Below are positions 50,500 through 64,000 of a DNA stretch of 64,000 nucleotides, piece after piece (position 1 is the stretch's first letter; each line of letters opens with the position of its first letter). Source of the DNA: Octopus vulgaris (taxonomy: Eukaryota); assembly GCA_951406725.2 (NCBI GenBank), contig OX597819.1:78182001-78246000 (forward strand), read 5' to 3'. Made by a program: the position numbers and the translations under genes. The notes beneath the pieces were generated by a model. That model was not told the DNA's origin. It saw only the letters and a program-made list of their open reading frames with translations, and made no database searches.

Positions 50500-50900
50500 A
50501 TATATGTGGAAGAGGTAGACCCAGGAAGACATGAGATGAAGTGGCGAGAAAGGATCTATAGATGTTGGGACTCACAGAGGGGAAGACAAAAGACTGAGAC
50601 ACCTGGTGGTTTGCTGTGCTTGAAAAGACACATGAAGCTAAGTAAAAGCATGGTTGCCCTTGCATATGAGCTTGTCTCCAGTTGAGCATCCCTAATCTTG
50701 CAGGCTCATAGGTGCTGGTGCTACATAAAAAGTACCTGTGCCAGTGCTGCGTAAAAGCACTCACTACACTCTATAAAGTGGTTGGCATTAGGAAATGGCA
50801 TCTAGCCATAGAAACTATGCCAAAATAAACATGGAGCCTGAACAGTCCTTCAGCTGGTCAAACCCATACCAGCATGGAAAACACGTTAAATGATGATGAC
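50500..50900 (+). mobile_element. Older RTE LINE 3' fragment
   Basis: GRGRPRKT*DEVARKDL remnant plus the family 3' end. Confidence 0.7.
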
Positions 50901-52788
50901 GAAAGATATATATAGATAAGCACAGTTATAGCTGCTTCCTAATCATAAGGTTTTGGGTTCAGTTCTACCATAGCCTTGAACCAACCAAAGCCTTGCAAGT
51001 GGATTTGGTTGGCAAAAAATGAAAGAAGCTTATGTGTGTGTGTATCCTAGTCTTGACATCACATGATGGTTCTAAAGCATGTCTAACCTTAGGAAAATGT
51101 TACCTTGCTTGGTAAATAGAAATGGCAACAGGAAAGTCATCAGGTCTGTTGAAAAATCTGCCTCAACAAATTACATCTGACCTATGCAAGCATAGAAAAG
51201 TGGCCATTAAACTATGATGATAATGATGTATAAGTTTCAAATAAAGCTGAATATACACACATATGTATAAAGTGGCTTTGCCTGTACTTATAGGAAGTAT
51301 CAGAAGATCTTATATAGCCTATGAGTTTCTTGAAATGATGGCATGGTGCATGGCTATGTAGTTAACAAGTTTGGTTCCCAACTATGTGGCCTTCAGTTCA
51401 GCCCCACTGTGCAGCACCTTGGCCAAGTGTCTTCTTCTATAGCCCTGGCCAGGCCAGCAAAAGCACTGAATGTGAAGTTGGTAGATAGAAACTGAAAGAA
51501 GCCCATTTCATATATGTGTATGTCTGAGTGTCTGTCCGTGTCCACTCCACCTGACAACTAATGTTGGTTTGTTTACATCCTTGTGACTGCAGCAAAAAAA
51601 GATGATTAGAACAAGTACTAGGCTTAAAAAAAAGAATAAGTACCGTGCCCAAGCATGGCCACAGCCAAATGACTGAAACAAGTAAAAGATAATGATATCA
51701 CATTAGTTTAAGCTCGAACATTCAATTTTATTGTACCTCTTCACATCCCCAATTGTTAAAAACCTTTAAAGAGGCAGAATCAGTCCCTTGTGGATTTGAA
51801 CTATTTATGTGTGTATGTTCTTGTGTCTGTGTTTCTCTCTACCTACCATCGCTTGACAGCTGATGTTGGTCTGTTTACATCCCCATAAGTTAGCAGTGCA
51901 GTAAAAGAGACCAATAGACTAAGTACTGGGGGTTGATTTCTTCAACTAAAATACCACCTTCAAGGTGGTGCTCCAGCATGGCCACAGTCAAATGACTGAA
52001 GCAAGTAAAAAAATAAAAGAATATAGGCACAGGAGTGGCTGTGTGATAAGTAGCTTGCTTATCAACCACATGGTTCCGGGTTCAGTCATACTGTGTGGCA
52101 CCTTGGGCAAGTGTCTTCTACTAGCCTCGGGCCAGCCAAAGCCTTGTGAGTGGATTTGGCAGATGGAAACTGAAAGAAGCCCATCGTGTATAAGTATATG
52201 TATATATATGTGTGTCTGTGTTTGTTCCCCCAACATCGCTTGACAACTGATGCTGATGTGTTCACGTCCCCGTCACTTAGCGGTTCGGCAAAAGAAACCG
52301 ATAGAATAAGTACTAAGCTTACAAAGAATAAGTCATAGGATCAATTTGCTCGACTAAAGGTAGTGCTCCAGCATGGCCACAGTCAAATGACTGAAACAAG
52401 TAAAAGAGTAAAGAGTAAGAGTATACCATCATCATCAACTTAACATTCATTTTCCATGCTGACATCAATGTGTGTGTGTAAATCATCATCATCATCATCA
52501 TTTAACATCCGTTCTCCATGCTAGCATGGGTTGGATGGTTCGACCGGGGATCTGGGAAGCCAGAAGGCTGCACCAGGCCCAGTCTGATCTGGCAGTGTTT
52601 CTACAGCTGGATGCCCTTCCTAACGCCAACCACTCCGAGAGTGTAGTGGGTGCTTTTTACGTGCCACCGGCACAGGTGCCAGGCAAGGCTGGCAACGGCC
52701 ACGATCGGATTGGTGCTTTTTACATGCCACCGGCACAGAAGCCAGTCTAGGCGGCGGTGGCATCGGCCAATGATATATGTATATAAAT

Positions 52789-52819
<31 letters not shown>

Positions 52820-55800
52820 AAACATGCATTAGAAACATATGTCCTGTCATACTGTTATTGTATCCCTAATGCAGATTATTAATAGAATAAATACCAGTTG
52901 AGTACTGAGGTCGATGTAATTGACTACCCCCTCTTCCAAATTTCAGGCCTTGTGCCTATAGTAGAAAGGCTTATTATTGTTAGCAGCAAGCTGGCAGAAT
53001 TGTTAGCACCATTTCATCTGTCTTTATGTTCTGAGTTCAAATTCCGCCGTGGTTGACTTCTTTGCCTTTCATCCATTCGGGGTCAATGAAATAAGTACCA
53101 GTTATGCACTGGAGTTGATGAAATCAACTAGTTCTCCTCCCCCAAATTTCAGGCTTTGTGTCTTTAGTAGGAAAGATTATTATTATTCGCAGCGAACTGG
53201 CAGAATTGTTAGTACAGAGGAGAAAATACTTAGCAGTATTTCATATCTTTATGTTCTGACTTCAAATTCTGCTGAGGTTGACTTTGACCTCGGTCATTTC
53301 GGGGTCAATAAAATAAGTACCAGTTTAGCACAGGGTTCCATATAAATCAACTAACTCCGTCCTCCAAATTTCAGACCTTGTGCCTACACAAGTAATTATC
53401 ATTATTTCAAATTTTAAGGTGGCGACCTGGCAGATTTGTTACTGTACTGGGCAAAATGCTTATTGGCATTTGGTCATTCAAAATTTGGCACTTGTATCAT
53501 TGTACAAATGACTGACCACATAATTACATCTCAGTATCACGAACTAACAAAACACTCGTCAATTAAACTGTGCTCCAACTTCTTACAGCAGTGGGACATA
53601 TATTTACACATCATACTCACTATGCAAAACGATTGTGTCTTAATAGAACAACTTTAAGTTGTCTTAGCCACGGAGGATCAGATTACCTTCTATCTTTTAC
53701 TTGTTTCAGAGATTGGGTTGTAGCCATGCTGGGGCATCACATTGAAGTGTTTAGTCAAAAGAAACTGATTCCAGTGCTAAATTTTAAGCCCTGTATGTAT
53801 TCCATTAGTCTCTTTGGTCAAACTGCTAAGTTATGAGGATGTAAACGAACCAACATCAGTCGTCAAATATACTGAGGAACAAACATAGACAAGCATGATG
53901 GGCTTCCACACAGTTTCCATCAACCATATTCACTCACATGGCATTGGTTAGCCTGGAGCTATAGCAGAAGACTCTTGCCCAAGGTGCTGCATGGTGGGAT
54001 TGATTCCAAAACCACATGGCTACAAAGCAAGCTTCTTACTGCCATGCCTGCACCTGATTAATTTAATCTTTAGAATATATTTATATTCCACTCTACATTA
54101 CATTTGCTTTTATCTCTAGATGCAGGCATGGCTGTGTGGTAAGAAGTTTGCTTCCCAACCACCTGGTTCTAGGTTCAGTCCCACGCATGGCAACTTGGGC
54201 AAGTGTCTTCTACTCTAGCCTTCAGCTGACCAAAGCCTTGTGAATGGATTTGGTAGACGGAAACTGAAAGAAGCCTGTTGTATGTATGTATGTATATATA
54301 TATGTGTGTGTCTGTGTTTGTCTCTGTAACTTAGTGGTTCAGCAAAAGAGACTGATAGAATAAGTACCAGGCTTAAAAAAATAAGTCCTGTGGTTGATTT
54401 GTTCGACTAAAATTCTTCAAGACGGTGCTCCAGCATGGCTGCAGTCTAATGACTGAAACGAGTAAAAGAATAAAAGAAAAGAATGCGTGTGTGTGTGTGT
54501 TTATATCTGTGTTTGTCTCCCACCACTATTTGAGAACCGGTGTTGGTGTGTTTACGTTTCCATAACTTAAGAGGTTCAACAGGAGCTCGATAGAATAAGT
54601 ACCAGGATTTTTAAAAAAAGTACTGGGGGTCAATTCATATGGTGCCCCAGCATGGCCACAGTCTAATGGTTGAAACAAGTGAAAGATAAAAGATCAAAGA
54701 ACGGCATTAACAAATAACATGTGGTGACGGTGGGGTCAATAAGGGAGCTTCTCTGTGGTGAATCGCCCTGCTAGAAAAAGCAGTCAAAGCTCCCTCAAAT
54801 CTCACCCTAAAGTTTTAACAATTGAAGTACACAGGGAAAATAAAACATCTGATGATGAGTCACTCAGTTAAAGCTGAGCTGGGGCTAAGACAGTTCCTTT
54901 ACACCAGCATGAAACGTGGTCGCTTGATCTTTTGGAAACAGCAGCCAAATCTCCCTCAAACCACACCATACCATTTTAGAAAGGCGTGTGGGGTATGAGA
55001 GCAAACAAGAGAAAGTAAACTTGATATGATTGTATCTTGTACATAGACGAGATGGTCATGGCTAGAAAACCTTTGATCATGGGTCAGTATCAGTCAGGGT
55101 TGACCTGAAGTTACAGTACATATAAAAAAAATTATCTTTTGTTTAAGTAATTTGAGCTGAGCTGCGGCCAAGCTGGGGCACCATCTCGAAGGATTTAGTG
55201 GAGCAAATCGGCCCCAGTACTTATTTTTTAAAGTCTGATAGTTATTCTATCAGTCTCATAGACTGAACCTCTAAGTAACGGGGACATAAACAAACCATCA
55301 CCGATTGCCAAGCGGTATTGGAGGGCAAAACAGATTGACCTAAGACACACGGACTCCGCCCCCCCCACACACACACACACAGTTTCCATCCACCAAATTC
55401 ACTCACAAGGCATTAATCCGACAGGATTATAATAGGGGGAGAAAAAAAAAAGACACTTGCCCAAGATGTCGCACAATGTGAGTGAAACTGAAACCACGTG
55501 GTTCTTAGTCACACTGCCATGTAGAATTTTAAAATATATGTTTAGGGGGATCAGAGAAATATAGTGATAGTCTATGTTGATAAACATTCAGTTTATGAAA
55601 CCAGTAAGAAAAATATACATTTTAATATATATATAAAGTGTTTATCGAAAGCGCACACACACACAGCGATAGCTTTAGGTGAGTCATTAAAAGTTTTGAA
55701 CGTAAATAAACACATGTAAAGCAAAAATTGTTTGCGTGTAACCACTTCACACACACACACACATCTTTACGTTGAGCGAACGATGGGGTCTTCATTATCA

Positions 55801-57027
55801 ACGTTCAACCTACAGCTCCAATAAAAACAGGAAGGAAAAAAAGCAAGTGGAAGAGACACACGAGAATATAATGCTTTGATATATAAACTGCTAAGTTACG
55901 GGATCGTAAACAAACCTGCACCGACTGTCCATGCGGTGTGGGCGGTGAGGACACAGACACAAAAATACACACACACATCGATTTTCTGGAACGATTGGTT
56001 CTACAGCCTTTTTTTTTTTTTTTTTGCGAACCTTGGTCAACGCATTCTACATTACATACTAAATTTACTTACATACTTAAATGAAATACAGCTACCTGTA
56101 TATTAGTGTAAATGATGCGAGTTGATTGATATTGAACTGTGCAAGGTACTACCTAGTTTGTGGAAAATACCAGTTAATTAGTCCGGTGCCCGCGGGAATT
56201 TGGAGTTTCTGCTCGTAGATTAGTGCAGATAAGCGGATTACAAGAGGTTCCGGACATCAGTATCCAGAAAATCGGTGTATATATATATATATATATATAT
56301 AATTTTTTTGTTTCAGTCATTCGACAGTGACCATGCTGGAGCACCGCCATATATATATATATATACCGGGTATTACTTAAGAAGAATGGTCCTGGTGCGC
56401 GCACTCGCGCTAGCTAGTCGTGACTAGTCGATCCTACAACGACTACCTAGCAAAGTAAATAAACCACCAAAGTGAGGATCGACTAGTCGCGATAGTGATC
56501 GCAGTGGTCACTCTATGGCCGGCCATAACTTTTAAAATCCTAAAATGAGCAGGCATTGTTATATTTCGGTACGGTCATATTTTTACCACAGTGCGTGTGG
56601 TTAATTGGCAAACATATGACCATCCCCAAATATAACAACAACACACACAAACACATGTATAAACCCCTTACTGGGCGGGTTGATCATTACCGGAACACGT
56701 TTTGATCATAGGTAGGGCTGACTTAACAGCTTTGTAGCCGTCGCTCCCACCTTCCGGGCAAAGCATTGCACTGGGGCCACTGCATAGACCGTCAGAGCAT
56801 ACATTAAGCCCCAGAGCCACGGGTCCCCCGAGCAGCTTGCTTTGTGCGGCCATGCCTTCACACAGCAATTATCGTAAGTGTGGTAGATAGACCAAGGGGC
56901 TAAGAACTACAACACTGGTTTGAAAGTATTTCTATGAGCATACCTTTTTTTTTTATTATTATTATTGATTGTTACACATAGGTAAAATATTCTGGACGAT
57001 ACTGAATCGAAACAAAAACATGCTTAC

Positions 57028-57284
57028 AGACTAAGTGGGGGTAGGACATGTTCGAACCTGCGACAGGTTTATCTCTTAAATCACCGTTAAGCAAATTGTG
57101 AGTGAGTGAGTGTGTGTGCATACGAATGTATGTATAGGCAAGTATTGAAGTTATGTTACGTGTTATGACAGTGTGTGCCAAAGAAAACAAACAAAACACA
57201 CACATACACATACAAAGCAGGGGGGACGTTACATGTTACCGGCAGATGATAAGAGTAAAAATATCGTTGGTAAATAAACGTGAA
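57028..57284 (-). other. Candidate upstream exon of the teashirt/tiptop gene
   Basis: Long polypyrimidine tract and AG at 57285-57286; ATG at 57049 encodes MSYPHLV plus 1 nt before GTAAGC, a phase-1 donor compatible with the 38115 acceptor. Confidence 0.3.
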
Positions 57285-57820
57285 CTATCGAAAAAGAAAG
57301 AAGAAAAAAAAGGGAAGCAAAATTTGAATAAGCGTGTAATACGAAGATCATGAATTACTTCCCTTGTTATGATGTGCGATGATTCCGGCCAAATTTACAC
57401 GAGTGCATGCGTTACGTTTAGGCTACTATATATATATATATACATATATATATAGAGAGAGAGAGAGAGATAGATAGATAGATATAGATATGTGTGTGTT
57501 GTGAAATAATGTGTCTTTAACATAAAAATGCATATTTTACATACAAAGTATGTGTTGTACAGGCATTACAAAATAGACATACATACGTGCGCCCACACGC
57601 AAAAATGTTTGCACATATACGCATGGATGTGTGTGTATATATAAAAAATATGCATGTATATATATATATATCCTTATATATAATATGCATATGTATATAT
57701 ACACACACATAGACGTATATATATGTTTGTAAAAATATTTATACATACACATTTACATGTACATATAGTTATGTATATACGCGTGTATATCTTATGTATA
57801 CATAGCTATATATATATATA

Positions 57821-57862
<42 letters not shown>

Positions 57863-59159
57863 AATATACGTTCTATGTATGTAAACACATTATATGTAAG
57901 TAATATAGTGTATATGTTATACATATAGACACACAAAACACGACATGTATATACATATATAGAGAGTCAGAGACTGATAGTTTGATAGATATCTCGAAAC
58001 AATATAAGTAGATATGGATATACAGAATATATATATATATATATAATACACACGCACATAAATAATCACACATATTATACGAAATATTTACAAACATAAA
58101 CAAAACAAATAAAAACGATGCTGATGATTACCGTTTAGTATATAAAGCAGTAGAGGTGATACTCGTAATATAAACAGTGTTAATAGTAGCAAGTAATGTT
58201 GCTGTTGTTGTTGTTATTTTCTGTCTCCGTTAAATCTTACTCCAATGCCGTAGTATAATAATAATAATAAATTGGTTAATGCCGAGATTGCCCATGCAAA
58301 CAGTACGGAAACGGGAACCCTGATTTTCCCATCCTTTTACTCTTCTTCTTCCCCGTATGAAAAGGGAGTTCCGCGGCCTACTGATAATTTTTTTCTTCTT
58401 CTTCCTTCTGTCAGTCTTGGTCCACCGCTAACAACAACAACAACATCACCGCCGCCGCTACCGCCACCACTGCGCTATCACGAGGTGATGGTTGTGGGGG
58501 AGATTTCTATGGTGGTGGTGGTGGTGGTGGTGTTTGTGACTAGAAAACTCCTCGTCCTCTTCCTCTTTCTCCTCCTCTACGGGACTGCTAATGATTGTTA
58601 TAGATATTGTGAAGGCCGTGCGTTATGGGTTGTCTTTTTTTGTTTTCTTCTTGTTTTTTTTTTGAGTGGCGAGGGCTTAAGGTTGTTGCTGGACCTTATA
58701 ATACATTTACATATAACACTATGCACACAGACAAGCACACAGTTCTCTTTTTACCATCACCTCTCTTTCTTTCTTTCTTGCTCTCTCTCTCTCTCTCTCT
58801 CTCTTTAACACGTTCTCTTGTCTCTGTCTCTTTCTTCATGTTACATACACACATGTACAAATCGGGATGCGAGAGAGAGAGAGAGAGAGAAGAATATATA
58901 GCCTAAGGTAAATAACCTGCGAGACGAAAGCTGTAAGCAAATGATAGAGAGAAGGGGAGAAACGGTGAGGATAAGAGAAAGAAAGAAAGAGAGAAGAGGG
59001 AACTGAGAAGGGACTGTAAAAAAAATACCAAAAGGTAATAATGAGTGTGTGTGTGGGGGGAGGGGGAGATATATATAGATAGAGCGAGAGAGATCTAACT
59101 ATATATCTATATATACACATATGTATCTATCTATCTATCTATCTATATCTAACTATCTT

Positions 59160-59420
59160 TGTGCACACACGCCTCAGACACACACCTCACACACACGGAT
59201 GTGTGTGTGAGGTGTGCGCTGTGTCAATCAGTGTCAAAGTCTGTGTGTGTTGTGTCAATCAGTCTCGCGCGCGCATCGTGTGTGCATTTGTGTGTGTGTG
59301 TGCGTGTGTGCGCGAGTATTCCCAACTAACTGTTATAACTGCAGCAAATATATATATATATATATATAAAAACTCCACAACTCGCATTTCGTAACGCCGC
59401 CGCGCCGCGCCGCCACTATT
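59160..59420 (-). promoter_or_regulatory. Candidate core promoter / 5' end of the teashirt/tiptop gene
   Basis: CpG-rich, TE-poor zone; GC run cgccgccgcgccgcgccgcc at 59395-59414, TA tract, Inr-like TTAGTT (59324-59329, - strand) and two TGATTGACA motifs. Confidence 0.35.
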
Positions 59421-60659
59421 TTTTTTTTATCTTCCTCTTACTGCAGCTACTACTATTACTACTACTACTACTACTACTATTATTACTATCACCACTACCA
59501 TTTACCCACCCACCCTCCCATGAAAAGGCGGTGAGGGTAGCTGATTGCAGCCTCTCCCCTCCCTCACCGCCACCACTACTATATTACACACAGTGACACA
59601 CCCGCCCCCACAGCGCCCTTCACTACCTTAACAGCGGCACCCTCCCACCACACATCCCCCCCCGACAACTTCTCTTTCACCCTGCATCGCCCTCCTCCTC
59701 CTCCTCCTTCCCCACCTCTGTAATTTCCTAAAGATAAGGATTGATAAATCACTTGCCATCTTCCATCCACAGATAATCAATCATTGCTTACAGCCTGGCA
59801 GCAGTGGAGTGAGTGAGGTACGGGGCAGGGTGGTTGGGGGGGTAGAGCGTCAGTGGTCGTAGTGGGGGGTTGGGGTGGGAGTAGTGGTGATAACTAGTAG
59901 TAGTAGTCGTAGTAGTGGTAGTACTGGCTTTGATAGTCATCATAGTCATGGTGACAATAGTAGTAGTAGTAGTAGTAGTAATGGTGGTGGTCGTTGTGGT
60001 ACTGGCATTGATAGTGGTCAGTGTTGTGGTGATAGTAGTCGTGGTACTTGGCCTTAGAGGTGGCGGCCATGGTGGCAAAAACACCTCAGTAGTGGCCTTT
60101 ATAGTGGTCAGTGTGTGTCATGGGCGGCGAGCTGGCAGAAACGTTAGCACGCCAGGCGAAATGTGTAGCCGTATTTCGTCTGCCGTTAAGTGTTCTGGGT
60201 TCAAATTCCGCCGAGGTTGACTTTGATTTTCATCCTTTCGGGGTTGATAAATTAAGTGCACTGGGATCGATGTAATCTACTTAATACCTTTGTCTGTCCT
60301 TGTTTGTCCCCTCTATGTTTAGCCCCTTGTGGGTAGTAAAGAAATATATATATATATATATAAGTGCAGGCGTGGTTGTGTGGTTAGAAGTTTGCTTCCA
60401 ACCTCATGGTTCAGGGTTCAGTCCCACTGTGTGGAACCTTTGGTGTCTTTTACTATATATATCTGTCTGGGTTTTGTTTGTCCTCCCCACCACCATTTGA
60501 TGACCGTAGAAACATTGCCAGATCAGACTGGGCCTGGTGCAGCCTTCTGGCTTCCTAGACCCCAGTTAAACCGTCCAACCCATGCCAGCATGGAAAGCGG
60601 ACGCTAACCGATAAACGATGATGTATAGGCATGGCTGTGTTGTAGGAAGCTTGCTTCTG

Positions 60660-61196
60660 GTATAGCGTTTCTCAGCTGGATAGTGAATTTTGAGTGAAAC
60701 TTGTGTTTTTTGGTTGTCTTGGCGGTGCGACATTTTTCCTCTTGTTTAATGAAGTGGTGTCGGGTGAGGAGTAGCAAAAGTTTGAATTGTTCTGCTTCAG
60801 ACATTGTAAACTGCCCTTCTTTGGACTTTGTGTCGTTTGAAGAAGAAATTGGTGGAGAGTTTGAAGAAGATAGACGAAGCAATGGAGATGAAGAATTATG
60901 CAGAGGTGACGAAAGAAAGAAGCAAAGATGTGAGCAAGTTCAAGGGAATGTGTAAAAGGGAAGGGAACGAAGTGAAGGTGTTCCCCCACCAAAGAAGTTT
61001 TAAATGAAACAAGTAAGAAGACAATAATTTACAGAACATATTCAGTGGCAGCCAGGAAGATTGAGATCATGTCAACAGCTCAAATAGAAAAGGCACTTAG
61101 ACCAATCTGGCAGGGAATTACCTACTTTGCCAGAGGTAGAAAATTCGGAACAGTGGAGGTATGGTTTCAGGAGGTAGCTACTGCCAGACTGCACTC
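60660..61196 (+). mobile_element. Probable LINE 5' end (5'UTR plus start of ORF1), cut off by a SINE
   Basis: ATG at 60882 gives MEMKNYAEVTK (YAxV motif); a frameshift in the C run at 60983-60987 continues TKEVLNETSKKTIIYRTYS..RGRKFGTVEVWF. Confidence 0.45.
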
Positions 61197-62094
61197 AGTG
61201 GTTAGAGTATCAGGCTGCATGTTGTGTTCTTGAGCAAGACACTTTATTTCACGTTGCTCCAGTTCACTCAGCTGTAGAAATTGAGTTGTGACATCACTGG
61301 TCCCAAGCTGTATCAGCTTTTGCCTTTCCTTTGGATAACATTAGTGGAGGGGGGGGGGCTGGTATGCACAGGCAATTGCTGGTCTTCCATAAACAACCTT
61401 GCCTGGACTTGTGCCTCAGAGGATAACATTCTAGGTGTAATCCCATATTTATTCATAACTGAAGGTCTTTACCTTTTAATATATCAAGAACTACATTACT
61501 TAATAATGTGTCCTTATTTTTCTAAAACAGTAGGGCATGATTTCAGGGAGATTTGACTGATATTTTTAGCAACTTCTACAACCCATACAGAGCTCCCTCA
61601 ATGAGTGTTGCTTATCAGTGGTTGTAGAAATGATGTTAAGTTGGACAGTTAATTTTCTAGTTATGTTTATTTTACCTTTTAGTTATGAACCCACCAGAGA
61701 CTGCCCTTGGCTCTATGATATAAATTTCCTATGAGTGGCTAGGACTGGTCTGTGACCCAGTGGCTATGGAACCCTGCTGTAATGGATGGGAAAGAGTGTA
61801 CTTAATAGAGGGCAACCCCTTCATTTATATTTATTTCATTGTCTTTGGAGAAATTGATGGTAAAAATAAACTCCAACATCTATGATGAATGAAAATGAGT
61901 AATTTAAGCAAATAGCAGTTTGAATAAAAAAGGGATGAACGAAAGTTAAGATAATTGTTGTCTTCTCTACCAATAATAAAATCTGATATCATCCTGTGGA
62001 AAACAGTGTGTGTGGATTATCTCCTCTACCCATGTGCACCACTCACTTCATTCCTCTCCACACTGTCTCCCACTTGCTCTCTTATTCTCATAAA

Positions 62095-62205
62095 CTCCAC
62101 GCGACTCCGGCAGAAGGTAATGGCAAACTTCTGCGGAACCTATATGCCAAGGAAACCGGAAAACCAGCCCTAATGAGCCAGGCGTGGCTTGAGAAGGAAC
62201 AAACA
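62095..62205 (+). mobile_element. RTE/BovB-like retroelement 3' tail fragment
   Basis: gcagaaggtaatggcaaacttctgc motif and a terminal gagccaggcgtggctt hairpin similar to the tail of the 3940-4160 SINE. Confidence 0.4.
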
Positions 62206-64000
62206 TACTGAGTCTACCATCTAATTTAACATCACCTGGCACTTTGGTTGCCTTCAGCAGAATCCACATATGGCTTGCAAACACTCAAACCATGTCTCCA
62301 GGTAACTGTTACCTTCCTCTCTTCGTCCTATGAGTCTTGAAAGCACACTGTAAAGGGTCATGGGTACTAGCAACATTTTACTCTGTATTTTATTTATTTT
62401 TAAAGTTATTTGGCCATTTTTTGACTATGGATCCCTTTGATTCCTATTTTACTCAGATGGACTTTCATAACCATTTAATGTTTAAAAATCCTGTTATATC
62501 TCTATAATTAAATGTTATTAGGAATTGCATTAAAAAAAAATTAAGATATTTTGTGTACTGTAGAAGTATAACCGATTTATATTGCACATAATTTTTAACA
62601 ACAAAATCAGAGGTAGCAATGTATCTCCTCTATAGCAAGACACCTGTAAAACTATATACAATAAAACACCTGATTTACTCTAGAGAAAATCCATCACTTA
62701 GTAATTGTTTGTTTCAAATTTTGGAACAGGGCCAGCAGTTTTGAGGGGAGGGGGGCAAGTTGATTACATCGATCCCACATATTGATTGGTGCTTTATTTC
62801 ATTGGCTCTAAAATGATAACAAGCCAAGTTGACCTCATCAGGATTTGAAATCGGAATGTAAAGCGCTGGAAGAAAGGCTACTAAGCTTTTTGTGCAATGT
62901 GCTACCAAGTTTTACCACTTTGATAATCATAATGATTCTTTCTACCAAAAGCACAAGTCCTGAAATTTGGTGCGGGGGGTTAAGTCAATTATATTGACCT
63001 CCAGTGTTCAACTGGTACTTATTTTAAAACCCTGGAAGGATGAAAGGCAAAGTTGACCTCGGCAGAGTTTGAACTCAGAACATAAAGATGATGATGAAGA
63101 GTGTGTAATACTTGCCAAGATGAATATAATAATTGCGTAAATTGGTTGAAACAATAATGATGATCAGCGTAAATATATTAGCATCCTCATCAACGTGAAT
63201 TTCAGTTTCCTAGCTCTGTTGTACAGCAAGCATATTACCAACTGCCTAGCTTTCTCATTACCCCTGCCATGATGCCTAACTAGGTTTCCTCACACCTTAA
63301 GTATATCATCTTCAGCCTTCCTTTTGTCTAACCCTTTACATTAACAAGTACACAACACATTTTTTCACCAAAACCTCTTTCATTCACATCACATATCTAT
63401 ATGTGGCACACAGTCATTTATTTCTCCTAATCAACTAGTGCCTCTGATGCCCAAACACTTTCTTAGTTCACTTAAGTGTGTGTTGTTATTGATGCTGCTT
63501 GTTGTTGTAACTGGTATTCTTTTGGTTGTTAGCCCCATGTCAGGTCTAATCTGGCAGATCTACAATCAAAGGGATCCTAGCTTTTATTCAGATGTAATGT
63601 TTCTAGGATTATATTATCCAATGTGTTGTCCTGTTTTGTTTTTTTTTATGATAAATCTGGGTAAAAATTTTAGTAAAATTTAGCTTCTAATTCTAGCAGA
63701 TTCATTTTGACCATATAGAAGCTACTCTGTTGGCTTGAGTGCTCTGTTTTGTTTTGTTTTGTTTTCTTTTGTGGTTTATTTTTTACTGTGTGTTGGGTTA
63801 AAGGTCAACATTATACATCTAGTGGATCATGTTTCACTATCATGCATGGTCATCCTTCATCACCATCATCACCATTTAATGTCTGTTCTCCATGCTGGCA
63901 TGGTTTGACAGGAGCTGGTGAACCAGAGAATTGTGCCAAGCTCTACTGTCTGTTTAGACATGGTTTCTACAGCTGGATACCCCTCCTAATGCCAACCACT

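Noticed and set aside
56668-56868. 66-aa GC-rich minus-strand ORF as the first tsh coding exon
   Set aside because: The nearby GTAAGG donor is phase 2 in this frame, incompatible with the phase-1 acceptor, and the sequence resembles a DNA-transposon end
58272-60220. 178-aa, 98-aa and 101-aa ORFs with poly-T/V/P runs
   Set aside because: They arise from trinucleotide repeats (ACA, GGT, AGT) in a leader/promoter-like region and have no domain signal

Overview
AT-rich, microsatellite- and repeat-dense eukaryotic DNA. The repeat families and gene type suggest a coleoid cephalopod (Octopus-like); this is an inference. There is one clear host gene: a minus-strand teashirt/tiptop-family zinc-finger transcription factor, with almost all of its coding sequence in one ~3.3-kb exon (34805-38115). 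Its 5' exon(s) and promoter probably lie in a CpG-rich zone at ~57-59.4 kb. The rest is mostly decayed mobile DNA: a dead hAT (Tip100/Zaphod-like) transposon, mariner and Tigger/pogo remnants, Merlin-, piggyBac- and Charlie-like MITEs, a 5'-truncated RTE LINE with a PHD finger inside its RT, a probable LINE 5' end, and many copies of at least four short-repeat (SINE-like) families. The most interesting unexplained signals are RNA-structural: several minimal hammerhead-ribozyme-like motifs in Penelope-like palindromes; a GC-rich ~350-bp element with terminal direct repeats and two predicted pseudoknots; a small pseudoknot/hairpin motif repeatedly amplified into tandem arrays; a four-unit SINE array under one target-site duplication; and several long fold-backs around the gene. 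All coordinates were read by eye and repeat boundaries are approximate.
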